Source of the DNA: a virus
DNA: 64,000 nt
IMG/VR virus record: IMGVR_UViG_3300033150_001135
Location: 1 to 64,000 of that record
Strand: one strand, 5' to 3'
Positions 27,630-36,659 of the stretch are shown here, in pieces. The notes beneath the pieces were generated by a model. It did no database searches. It was not told the DNA's origin and worked only from the letters and a program-made list of their open reading frames with translations. The position numbers and the translations under genes were made by a program. Position 1 is the first letter of the stretch; each line of letters begins with the position of its first letter.

Positions 27630-28784
27630 TTGGCTAATGTATCATATAATTTTGCTTTTGCAAACGAGGAAGAAAACTTTGCTGTTATTGAAGACGTAGG
27701 TGGTACGGTAAAGAAGATAACATCGTCTGATAGGATATACTCCATCGGACCAGTGGATTTTGGGCAGGAACGGGAGTTTCTAGATGACGAGCAAATTCGG
27801 GCGAATGCCTCTGCTTATTCACCTATTAAAGGACGGAAAAATCCCGGTGACTGGGGTATGGAGACGTATGTTAAGCCTAGTGGAACACCAGGTACTCCTC
27901 CAGAACAAGACGTATTGTTTCAAGCTCTTATGGGAACTAAAACAGTTAATTCGGGAGTTGATGTTCAGTACACTTTAGCGAATCAGTTGGATTCCTTCAC
28001 ACTTTGGTCGAAGAAAGGACATACTGTGTATATTTTTAGAGGAGCTACAGTTCAAACAGCTGGGTTTTCTATAGCTGGGAACGATGTTGCTAGAATCAGT
28101 TGGGGTGGAAACTATATAGAGCAGCATTATGCTAGTGAAGGAATCGTGACAAGTATTGCTGGTAACGTACTAACGATGAAAGGAAACCACGTGTTGCGGT
28201 ATACAGAAGGTACGTATGTTGAAGTTGGTGACGACGATAACAGTGGGGCGGGGTTCAAAATTACTAGTATTAACTATACTACGAATAAGATTACCTTAGA
28301 TGGTAATCCTAGTCCCGGAGGGGGAACCCCTGCTACTGTTACTCCTTGGTGGCCATCTTCTGGTTCAGAGGTTGGAACACCTGGACATGGAAAACTTGGG
28401 TTGGTTACTGTTGATGGTTCGAACGCTATTATTATGGAAGCTAGTGTGGATGTTAATAACAATATTAAGTATTACGAAGAGGAAAAGAATAATCAGTGGA
28501 CAGCAGAACGTTTTGCTCGACCTACGAAACGAGGAATAGAAGGTTCCTTACGGTTAAAGTTCTTGGATGAAGGTAATTCGTATTTCTATAGAGCTGACTA
28601 CCAAATTTCCGATGCTTTGATCATTCCTGTGGGGAATGTGTCTGGGTATATTATGGAACTTCAGATTCCTTATGCGGAGTATAGAACTCCTTCCATTTCT
28701 GGTGGCGAGGAGTTTGAGCAGGAGATTCCTTTTGTGGCAGTAGCTGGTTCGGGAAACGATGAGTTTAAAATCGTTTTCAAGTAA
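27630..28784 (+). CDS. Major tail tube protein with an inserted domain
   Basis: 384 aa; followed by terminator, chaperones and tape measure; no sheath gene present. Confidence 0.75.
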   Translation: MANVSYNFAFANEEENFAVIEDVGGTVKKITSSDRIYSIGPVDFGQEREFLDDEQIRANASAYSPIKGRKNPGDWGMETYVKPSGTPGTPPEQDVLFQALMGTKTVNSGVDVQYTLANQLDSFTLWSKKGHTVYIFRGATVQTAGFSIAGNDVARISWGGNYIEQHYASEGIVTSIAGNVLTMKGNHVLRYTEGTYVEVGDDDNSGAGFKITSINYTTNKITLDGNPSPGGGTPATVTPWWPSSGSEVGTPGHGKLGLVTVDGSNAIIMEASVDVNNNIKYYEEEKNNQWTAERFARPTKRGIEGSLRLKFLDEGNSYFYRADYQISDALIIPVGNVSGYIMELQIPYAEYRTPSISGGEEFEQEIPFVAVAGSGNDEFKIVFK

Positions 28785-28835
28785 TAGTTACTAAGTTTGA
28801 GGAGTTAAGAAGAGAATTTGTGAAAAATAAAAGAC

Positions 28836-28874
28836 TAAGGGGTGGGATTAGTAGTATTCCACCCCTTATCTTTT
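28836..28874 (+). terminator. Intrinsic terminator after the tail tube gene
   Basis: TAAGGGGTGGGA-N9-TTCCACCCCTTA followed by TCTTTT. Confidence 0.7.
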
Positions 28875-28890
28875 AAATTATAAAAAATTT

Positions 28891-29391
28891 ATGGAGGTAG
28901 TAAAGAAAATGTCTAATGAAAAGGTAATGACTAGTCAGGAACTTGCTAGTTTAATTAGAAAAGCTGGTGAGAAGGAACGAGTAAACGAGTTTGAGTTTCC
29001 AGAGATTTCAGGGTTTAGGGTTAAACTTGCTTATGCGAGTAAAATGCTTATGTCTCAAATACGGGAAGTGGCAAGGGTTGTTAGGAAGAATTTTAGAACA
29101 GGACGTATAATTGAAGACTTTGATGAGGAAAAACTTAGAGATGCCTACGCAAACTATATTGTTAAGGGTTGGAAAGGTCTTACAGTAGACCGGTTAAGAG
29201 AATGTATACCTGGTATAAAGATTACGGGTAAGAGAGGAAGTGAAGAAATACCCTATTCTGTTGAAGTGGCAACAGCTCTAATGGATGTTTCTGCCGAGTT
29301 TGAGAATTGGATTGTTGAAGTAGCAGGAGATGTACACAACTATAAAGATGTTGCTATTAAGAAAAAGGAACAGCAAGAAAATTTAGACTAG
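28891..29391 (+). CDS. Tail assembly chaperone (gpG-like)
   Basis: IVKGWKGL motif; position between tube and tape measure; start may be 28909. Confidence 0.75.
   Translation: MEVVKKMSNEKVMTSQELASLIRKAGEKERVNEFEFPEISGFRVKLAYASKMLMSQIREVARVVRKNFRTGRIIEDFDEEKLRDAYANYIVKGWKGLTVDRLRECIPGIKITGKRGSEEIPYSVEVATALMDVSAEFENWIVEVAGDVHNYKDVAIKKKEQQENLD
29379..29385 (+). other. Programmed -1 ribosomal frameshift site A AAT TTA
   Basis: X XXY YYZ heptamer in the correct frame just before TAG; the -1 frame runs into 29391..29849. Confidence 0.75.
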
Positions 29392-29849
29392 TGGCGTGGT
29401 GGTGGGTACATGATGTAGAAAAAAAGTATGAGGATTGTAAAAAGTTAGCTTCTCAATCCTCATTCGAGAAAGGGTCGAGAGTACGAGTAAAGAGTATAGA
29501 GGATTGTGAAAAAATACTAGAAGAGTCTCAACCTACAGATGAAAACTATCCTATTGTTATCCTCTACAATGAAATGCCTAGAAAATTTAATCCAGTATCC
29601 GGTATTAGAGAAATCTCTGTTGAGGATATTAGATTTGTATTTAAGTTGTATAATGTACCTGAGGAACTATATTATGACTACTACCACCGGTTGCTTTACT
29701 TTCATGACCAGGTAGTTAAGTATGGGGTAGAGCTTGAGAAGAAGAAAGCGAAGAAGAGAAAAGAAGACAATGAATGGAGAGAAAATGTCAGAAAGAATCG
29801 TTTTTCTCTACCACCAAAAAGGAGTATTCATAGGAGATCATACAAGTAA
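29391..29849 (+). CDS. Tail assembly chaperone, frameshift extension (gpT-like)
   Basis: In the -1 frame relative to the upstream chaperone; no RBS of its own. Confidence 0.7.
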   Translation: MAWWWVHDVEKKYEDCKKLASQSSFEKGSRVRVKSIEDCEKILEESQPTDENYPIVILYNEMPRKFNPVSGIREISVEDIRFVFKLYNVPEELYYDYYHRLLYFHDQVVKYGVELEKKKAKKRKEDNEWRENVRKNRFSLPPKRSIHRRSYK

Positions 29850-32800
29850 TGCCTAGTAAAGACCTTGTACTAGTTCTTGAGTTCGACGATAAAGGTAGCG
29901 CAAAGGTAAAGAAAGTTATTAGTGTTACCAGAGACGAACTACGAAAACTTGAGAAACAATCAGACTCTACGGGTAAGTCTACTCGTGAGATGGGAGACTA
30001 CGTAGAGAAAACTACTAGTCGTTTTGAGAAGTTAGCTAAGAAGCTTACAACTGTTGGTGACGGAATGAAGAGGGTAGGTAAAACTTTATCTATGCGTGTT
30101 ACGTTACCAATCATGGCTCTTGGTACTGCAGTGGTAAAGATGGGTGCCGATTTCGAGCAATCGATGATGAATGCAGCATCTATTTCTGGTGCAACTGGAG
30201 AAGAGTTAAAAATGATGACTGAGGTTGCACGTGATATGGGGGAAAAGACAGTTTTTTCTGCGAAGCAGGCGGCAGATGCATTCTACTATATGGCATCAGC
30301 AGGTTGGGGTGCTAACAAAATGGCAAAGGCGATTGAGCCTACCCTAAACCTTGCAGCTGCAACTCAAGGTGACTTAGCGTTTACTACTGAAACTGTTATT
30401 GCTGCTTTGAATCAGTTCCAACTAACTGAAAACGAGGTGGGAAGAGTAACAAATGTTTTTGCTTCAGCTATTGGTGGGTCACAAGCAACATTAGAGAAAC
30501 TTGGTACTTCGATGACTTACGTTGGTCCGATTGCTCACAGTATGGGTATGGAGATCGAAGAGGTTTCAGCACTGCTGATGTCACTATATAATGCGGGTTA
30601 CCAAGCCTCTACAGCTGGTACATCATTAAGAATGGGGTTTGCTAAACTTATGAAAGGAACTGGTGAAACGGAGAAGGCTTTGAAAGGGTTAGGACTTTCT
30701 TTAGAGCAAATTGATCCACAAACTCATAAACTTGCAGATACTATTCGATTACTAGGGGAACGGGGTGCAACCACTAAAGACTTGATTGAGATTTTTGGAA
30801 TAAGAGCCGGTCCTGCTTTTGCAGCACTTATCGCACAAGGCAGTGATTCTATAAAACAATTCGAAGCTAGATTACGTAGTGCTGGTAATGCTGCAGGTGA
30901 AATGGCGGAGAGACAGATCAATACAGTAAGTGGAAGCTTTAAACTATTAACTTCAGCGTTAACTGAAACAGCGTTATCTTTTAATGAGATTCTTGGACCA
31001 GCAGTAAAGAAGGTCCTTGATAATACCCTAATTCCCCTTATCAAGCAACTAAATGCGACTAGTAAAGAAACAAAACTAATGATTTCTGTTATTGCTGGAC
31101 TGGTTGCTGGGGTAGGTCCTTTGCTGACTGTTTTTGGTACTCTTCTCACTTTTATTCCAAAAGCAATTTTTGGGTTTAAATTGCTAGGGGTTGCGATAAA
31201 GTCTTGCTTAGGTCCAGTTGGTTTAATTGTGGCATCACTTGGGTTTCTTATTGAAAGAGGGATCGTAGCACGAAAAACATTTCTTAATTTAACTGATGCA
31301 ATAGAAGAGTATGAAGCGGTAACAAGTGAGAAGGTTGGTTGGTTAAAGAAAACGTGGACTAGTTTGAATGCAACAATTAATGAAATGACAACAGGCTACC
31401 ATGATGCTAAAGTTGTTGCTGCCGCATATAGACGAGAAACTATACAAGTTAGAAAAGAGCAGGCAGCCCTTGGTAAGAAAGTTATTGAGCAGGTTACCAG
31501 TACTGAACTATATACACAAACAATAGGAAAAGCGAAGGACGTTTTGAATATTTTTAGAGGTGTTCTTGGAATGCAGACTCTTGAAGAAAAGAAAGCTAAA
31601 GAGGTTGCATTGGAAATGGTAGCACAGTACCAGAGAAGAATTGAGGAAACGACTGATTTGATTGAAAAACAAGAGTTAATGGAAGCAACAATAAACAAGA
31701 TTTCTAGCGCTTTAGAAACCAATAACTTGTTAACAGACGAACAAAGAGCTATACTTACAAACTATATGGAAGGTTTAAAAGCAACGATAGGTGCTGAAAA
31801 AGAGACTGAGAAAGTAGTAGAAGGACATGGACAGAAAATAAAGGAGTTGACTGAAAAGTATATGCAGATGTTACCTTCTTCACAGAACGTAACTATGTCA
31901 TTACAAGCTATGCAATCGGCTTTGTCAGAAATTGAAGCCAAAGGTGGTGACACTTCTGTTGCTATGAGTATGATGGAAGACGGAATACGGTCTCTTTATG
32001 AGGAAGCACAAAAGGCTGAACAACTTTTTGATACTCCTATTCCTGAGGCTCTACAGAAGTTGTATGACAAACTTAAGAAAGTAACTGAAGAAGTAGTTCT
32101 TCTAAAAATGGAGTTGCCTGGTGCTACGGAACAAGGAAAACTATTAGCCAATACTGTTGCTTTGATGGGAGGATCTTTCGTAGGAGCACAGTCTGCTGCT
32201 GAGTTCTTTGGGATTAGTTTACGATCGAATGCGAACCAAGCGTTGAGTGAAGCTAAGTTGAATTTTGATGCATTAAGGCAGTCAGGAGAGTTTGCAAAGC
32301 TAACTATAGAGGAACAATCTGCTGTTGTAAAGAAGATGGCTGAGATGTATAAGGCTGCTGGTAAGGAAGTTCCTTCTAGTTTACAGAGTATTATTGATAA
32401 GTTGAAGCAGACAGACAATACTGTAGTTAATTTCATTTCTAAGAATGAGAAAAACTTTGCGACTCTTGCTACTGGTATCATTGGGCTTGGGGAATCAATA
32501 GGAGGAACTTGGGGAGGTATACTTTCGGAGTTAGGTGGTACTGTTAGTCAGTTTGTTTCCAACTTATCTAATAACTTAGAGGGTGGAATTGGTGCTGCTC
32601 TTGGCTCTATTTCTGGTATGTTAGGAAGCCTTGGAGGCATGATAGGTTCGGCTATCAGTGGTGCGTCAAAAGAAGGGCGAGAAACTTTTGCAAAGATGGG
32701 TGCAAGCCTTGGGCAGTCAATCGGAGGCATGTTTGGTCCTATCGGTAGTGCTGTCGGTTCAATAGCCGGGGGGTTGCTCGGAGGGCTTTTTAAGAAACCG

Positions 32801-34555
32801 AAAACAGAGGCAGAAAAATTTGCAGATTCGGTTGAAGGTGTTACAAAAAGTCTTGAGAGATATGGTGAGGTTTCCGAAGCTACAGCTAAAGTAATAGCAG
32901 AGGATATGAAGGATGGTATGAGCCAGGCTGCTGCTGAAGCAAAACATTTCGATGAAATCTTAGAAGATATAGAAATAACTGAAAGTAATTTAGATTCACT
33001 TTGGAGTGATGCGACGAATACGTTAGATGCAATAGCTTCTGGGGAACTATCTGCGGCAGAGGGGGCGGAAACTCTTGGCAATTCGTTTAGTACTCTTCTT
33101 GAGAATGCTCAAGAGTTTGGCACAGAAGGGTCTGCTGCTATGGTCGATTTTATCAATCAGGTGAAAGCGTCTGGTCTCGAGGTTGCTGAAGTAACAGACT
33201 ATATTAACGACCAGTTAGGTGTAATTGATTCCGGGACGATGAATGCGGCTCAAGGTCTTGAGGCTATGGCGGAAGGTGTGGGCAATAACCAGGAAGCATT
33301 AGCAAGACTAGAAACCCAAAGTCTTGCTGTATTTAACGCAATGATTGAAAACGGAGCGACTTATGCTCAAGCTATGGAATCCATCGGGGGAACGTTGGAT
33401 GCGATTATAGCGAAACACGAAGAAATGGGAACAGAAGCAGGAGCAGACATTCAAGAACTTATGAAGATACGTGAAGTGACTGAGTCTCATAAAGGTCTTT
33501 TTAATGCTATAGAAGGTAACCTCGCTGTAATGGATGCTTTAGCGAATACTGGTTCACTAACTCAAGAAACATTTATGAACTCACAGAAAGAGGCAGTCAA
33601 CTATTTCAATCAGTTGAAAAATGCAGGATTATCACAGAATCAATCTCTCGCTCAGATGGCTCCTACGTTAGAAAGAATAGCGTATCTTGCAAGAGAACAC
33701 GGATTAGCAGTTGATGAAACAACTCAGAAACTGATCAATCAGGCAGAAGAGCAGGGACTGATTGATACGAAGGTGATGTCAATGCAGGATACTATGATGG
33801 CTGGGTTTGGAGAAATAATAAAAGCACTCGGAGGAGATGTCCCAGCTGCGTTTCAAGAAGCTATGGACGCTATGAATGAGATGACTAATGCTAGCGTACA
33901 GAACGCTACTACAATGACTTCGTATTATAATCAGTCAGCCGTAGATATTAGTAGTAAGTTTGGGGAGGTAGCAGGAGAGATGAGTTCTGAGTTTGCTCGT
34001 TTGCGGGACGATACAAAGATAAAGTCAGAAGAAATGACTAACCATTGGGAAGAGAGAATTCGGTCAGTTGGCGAGACACAGAGAGAGATAACAGGAAAGA
34101 TGATAGAGAATGTTCAGTCACTATCTGAAAAGACTGGAAAACAATTTGAAAAAATGGATAAGTCCGCAAGGGAGAAGTTTATGAGTATGACCGATGCTGC
34201 AAAGGGTTCGATGGAGCTAATGGCTAAGACATTTGGTACTGGTGCGGAGGCTATGAGTAAAGCTCTTGGCGGAATACAATTCCCAACACCTCCAGGTGGA
34301 GGAAAGGGAACTCCTGCAATCGCTGCTCAAGGTGGTTTGGACATGATAGTCGATAGACCTGTACAGCCTATTCTTGCTCACCAAGGCGAACACGTTAAAA
34401 TAACCCCCAAAAGTGAAGTTACAAAAGAGAAGCAGGGTACTAGAAATATTTATATTAGTATGAATATTTATGCCCAAAAGCTTGATGATAGAACAATTTA
34501 TGAGGCAAAGGAAAAACTATATCGCGCAATAAAGATGGAAGAACGGAGAACGTAA
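29849..34555 (+). CDS. Tape measure protein (TP901-type core)
   Basis: 1568 aa, Ala-rich helical; TVFSAKQAADAFYYMASAG, AGTSLR. Confidence 0.92.
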   Translation: MPSKDLVLVLEFDDKGSAKVKKVISVTRDELRKLEKQSDSTGKSTREMGDYVEKTTSRFEKLAKKLTTVGDGMKRVGKTLSMRVTLPIMALGTAVVKMGADFEQSMMNAASISGATGEELKMMTEVARDMGEKTVFSAKQAADAFYYMASAGWGANKMAKAIEPTLNLAAATQGDLAFTTETVIAALNQFQLTENEVGRVTNVFASAIGGSQATLEKLGTSMTYVGPIAHSMGMEIEEVSALLMSLYNAGYQASTAGTSLRMGFAKLMKGTGETEKALKGLGLSLEQIDPQTHKLADTIRLLGERGATTKDLIEIFGIRAGPAFAALIAQGSDSIKQFEARLRSAGNAAGEMAERQINTVSGSFKLLTSALTETALSFNEILGPAVKKVLDNTLIPLIKQLNATSKETKLMISVIAGLVAGVGPLLTVFGTLLTFIPKAIFGFKLLGVAIKSCLGPVGLIVASLGFLIERGIVARKTFLNLTDAIEEYEAVTSEKVGWLKKTWTSLNATINEMTTGYHDAKVVAAAYRRETIQVRKEQAALGKKVIEQVTSTELYTQTIGKAKDVLNIFRGVLGMQTLEEKKAKEVALEMVAQYQRRIEETTDLIEKQELMEATINKISSALETNNLLTDEQRAILTNYMEGLKATIGAEKETEKVVEGHGQKIKELTEKYMQMLPSSQNVTMSLQAMQSALSEIEAKGGDTSVAMSMMEDGIRSLYEEAQKAEQLFDTPIPEALQKLYDKLKKVTEEVVLLKMELPGATEQGKLLANTVALMGGSFVGAQSAAEFFGISLRSNANQALSEAKLNFDALRQSGEFAKLTIEEQSAVVKKMAEMYKAAGKEVPSSLQSIIDKLKQTDNTVVNFISKNEKNFATLATGIIGLGESIGGTWGGILSELGGTVSQFVSNLSNNLEGGIGAALGSISGMLGSLGGMIGSAISGASKEGRETFAKMGASLGQSIGGMFGPIGSAVGSIAGGLLGGLFKKPKTEAEKFADSVEGVTKSLERYGEVSEATAKVIAEDMKDGMSQAAAEAKHFDEILEDIEITESNLDSLWSDATNTLDAIASGELSAAEGAETLGNSFSTLLENAQEFGTEGSAAMVDFINQVKASGLEVAEVTDYINDQLGVIDSGTMNAAQGLEAMAEGVGNNQEALARLETQSLAVFNAMIENGATYAQAMESIGGTLDAIIAKHEEMGTEAGADIQELMKIREVTESHKGLFNAIEGNLAVMDALANTGSLTQETFMNSQKEAVNYFNQLKNAGLSQNQSLAQMAPTLERIAYLAREHGLAVDETTQKLINQAEEQGLIDTKVMSMQDTMMAGFGEIIKALGGDVPAAFQEAMDAMNEMTNASVQNATTMTSYYNQSAVDISSKFGEVAGEMSSEFARLRDDTKIKSEEMTNHWEERIRSVGETQREITGKMIENVQSLSEKTGKQFEKMDKSAREKFMSMTDAAKGSMELMAKTFGTGAEAMSKALGGIQFPTPPGGGKGTPAIAAQGGLDMIVDRPVQPILAHQGEHVKITPKSEVTKEKQGTRNIYISMNIYAQKLDDRTIYEAKEKLYRAIKMEERRT

Positions 34556-34556
34556 T

Positions 34557-34907
34557 ATGGCTTCTGTAAAACTTGGCGTTAAAGATAGTGAAACAACACT
34601 TGTTAAGGTTCAAGTTTCTCGTCCTACAGGTATTGTTAAAGGGTACTCCCGAAGAGTTATGATTGATCATTCAAAAAGAGTTGGAATGTTTAATTCATAT
34701 CGTACATGGACTTTAAATTTTCTACATCTAACTAAAGCAGAACTAGATGATATTATAACCGAAGTACAAAGAAAACAACAACTCCGTTTTCAGGATTCTT
34801 GGGAGTCAGATACGTGGTATGATGTAATTGTTACTTCCTTTTCTTACGACTACGAGACGATTACAGCATCCCATTACGTTGCGACTTTAGAATTAGAGGA
34901 GGTGTAG
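34557..34907 (+). CDS. Distal tail (Dit-like) protein
   Basis: Directly after the tape measure; RTWTLNFLHL...ATLELEEV. Confidence 0.6.
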   Translation: MASVKLGVKDSETTLVKVQVSRPTGIVKGYSRRVMIDHSKRVGMFNSYRTWTLNFLHLTKAELDDIITEVQRKQQLRFQDSWESDTWYDVIVTSFSYDYETITASHYVATLELEEV

Positions 34908-34909
34908 TA

Positions 34910-36256
34910 ATGCAAAGCCTTCAAGGACTGTCTTCATCAGATTTTAAAGAAAAAGTTTCTCAACCTGTTTCCAAACTAGAAATCTACCATGACGAGGATA
35001 AAGAATGGAAAAACCTTTGTGCTTTAGGAGGCAAAAACTATCTTATTTCTATAGATTACTCAAGTGGGCAAAAAGAACTGGGGTATAAACCTGTAGCCGC
35101 TTCTATTACAATTGAACTTGATGATACAGATGGGGACTTGAACCCTAAATGTGAAAGTGGATTATATACTGACTACTTAAAAGTTGGAAGAAAAATTCGT
35201 TTCTATACTGGACTTTATACTAATGATACTGAATATTTCTGGCAGCAGTTTATTGGAGTTATTGAGGAAATTACTGTAAACAGAAAGGAGGAAACTATAA
35301 CTATTCGGGGTTCAGACTATACACAGCGTCTTATAGAGACAAAACTTCTAGGTTCTGACAGTTACTGGGGGACCTCTACTACAAAATCCACGGTAGATGG
35401 TCAGACTGAATACGAGTTACCTGCTGACTGTAAAGGAGTTTACTTAGTTTACCTTGATGGCGAACCAATTTACGATCAAGATTACTGGACTTACGATTAC
35501 TCGTCAAACAAATTATATTTCTTCCCATCGAAAGCTCCTGGGAATGGGACAGATAATTTAGTCATTTACTACTTTATAACCCAGAATGTTGAGGATGTAG
35601 TTGCTGATATTCTAGTAACCGCAGGAATTCATGAAAAAGTTAGTAATAGTAATTTTGAAAACTGGTCGGATGGTCCGGCTTCTAACCCTGACGATTGGGA
35701 AACTTGGAGTTCGGGTGACTCTCATAGTATAGCTCGTGAAGGAACAATAACAAAGTATGGGTCATATTCCGCAAAACTAACAAGAGCAGGGGAAGACGCT
35801 AGTATATTCCAAGATATTCATGCAACCAAAGGGATAAGTTACTGGCAAGGAAAAATTATAACTTTGTCAGCTTGGGTCTATGCTACAGTTGCAAATCGGG
35901 TTAGATTACGAATTGGGGATGGGGTTGGGGTTGCTTATTCAAATTACCATACTGGTGATTCAACATGGCAGTTACTTTCAGTTTCAGCAGAAATTGATTC
36001 TAGTGCTACAAGAGTTCGATGTGGTGGATGGATTAGTGGAGGAGATACGTCTGGATATTTCGATGGACTTACTGTAGTTAAAGGAGATGTAAGCATTCCT
36101 TACTTGGATTATACGGTTACAGGAGTAACTATTGACAGAGTTCGTTTTAACTCAGGAGTTTCCGCCCTTTATGCAATTCAAAAACTTTGTGAAAGAGTTA
36201 ACTATCAATTTTTTTTCAAATACGATGGAACGCCTTATTTTAAAGCAGTTCCATAG
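34910..36256 (+). CDS. Tail-tip hub/Tal-like protein, N-terminal fragment with an inserted carbohydrate-binding-like domain
   Basis: QFIGVIEE..ITIRGSD, AIQKLCERVNYQFFFKYDG; internal NSNFENW...SAWV...WQLL...YFDG module. Confidence 0.6.
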   Translation: MQSLQGLSSSDFKEKVSQPVSKLEIYHDEDKEWKNLCALGGKNYLISIDYSSGQKELGYKPVAASITIELDDTDGDLNPKCESGLYTDYLKVGRKIRFYTGLYTNDTEYFWQQFIGVIEEITVNRKEETITIRGSDYTQRLIETKLLGSDSYWGTSTTKSTVDGQTEYELPADCKGVYLVYLDGEPIYDQDYWTYDYSSNKLYFFPSKAPGNGTDNLVIYYFITQNVEDVVADILVTAGIHEKVSNSNFENWSDGPASNPDDWETWSSGDSHSIAREGTITKYGSYSAKLTRAGEDASIFQDIHATKGISYWQGKIITLSAWVYATVANRVRLRIGDGVGVAYSNYHTGDSTWQLLSVSAEIDSSATRVRCGGWISGGDTSGYFDGLTVVKGDVSIPYLDYTVTGVTIDRVRFNSGVSALYAIQKLCERVNYQFFFKYDGTPYFKAVP

Positions 36257-36295
36257 GAACATATATATATAGGAATATATAAGAAGGAGATAAAA

Positions 36296-36649
36296 ATGGG
36301 TTATTCAACAGTCGGAAAAAACAAAATGCTTGATGAATTGGCAGCAGTTGCTGTTTATGTTTCACTTCATAACGATGCTCCTGGTGACAACGGAGCTAAC
36401 GAGATTTCAGGTGGTTCTCCCGCATACGCAAGGAAAGCTATTACTTGGAACGCTGCTTCTGGTGGAGCTATTGATTCATCAAACCAACCGGAATTTGATG
36501 TACCAGCAGGGGAAACAGTTAAGTATGTAGGATTTTGGTCTGCATTGACTGGAGGAATTTTCTACGGTTATGCGGATGTAGATGATGAAGTTTTTACTAA
36601 CCAAGGAAAATACACTCTTGATGATGTCGACCTTGACTTGAATGGATAA
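36296..36649 (+). CDS. Conserved tail-fibre-associated protein
   Basis: YVSLH..PG..GANEISGG..YARKAITW...F.VPAG. Confidence 0.65.
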   Translation: MGYSTVGKNKMLDELAAVAVYVSLHNDAPGDNGANEISGGSPAYARKAITWNAASGGAIDSSNQPEFDVPAGETVKYVGFWSALTGGIFYGYADVDDEVFTNQGKYTLDDVDLDLNG

Positions 36650-36659
36650 GTTTTAAAAA

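Noticed and set aside
9937-36296. Stop-codon reassignment or readthrough (TAG at 9937; in-frame TAG at 36254 before the 36296 gene)
   Set aside because: Standard-code gene density is high and TAG ends many intact genes; readthrough at 9937 meets TGA five codons later; the 36296 gene has its own AAGGAG RBS.
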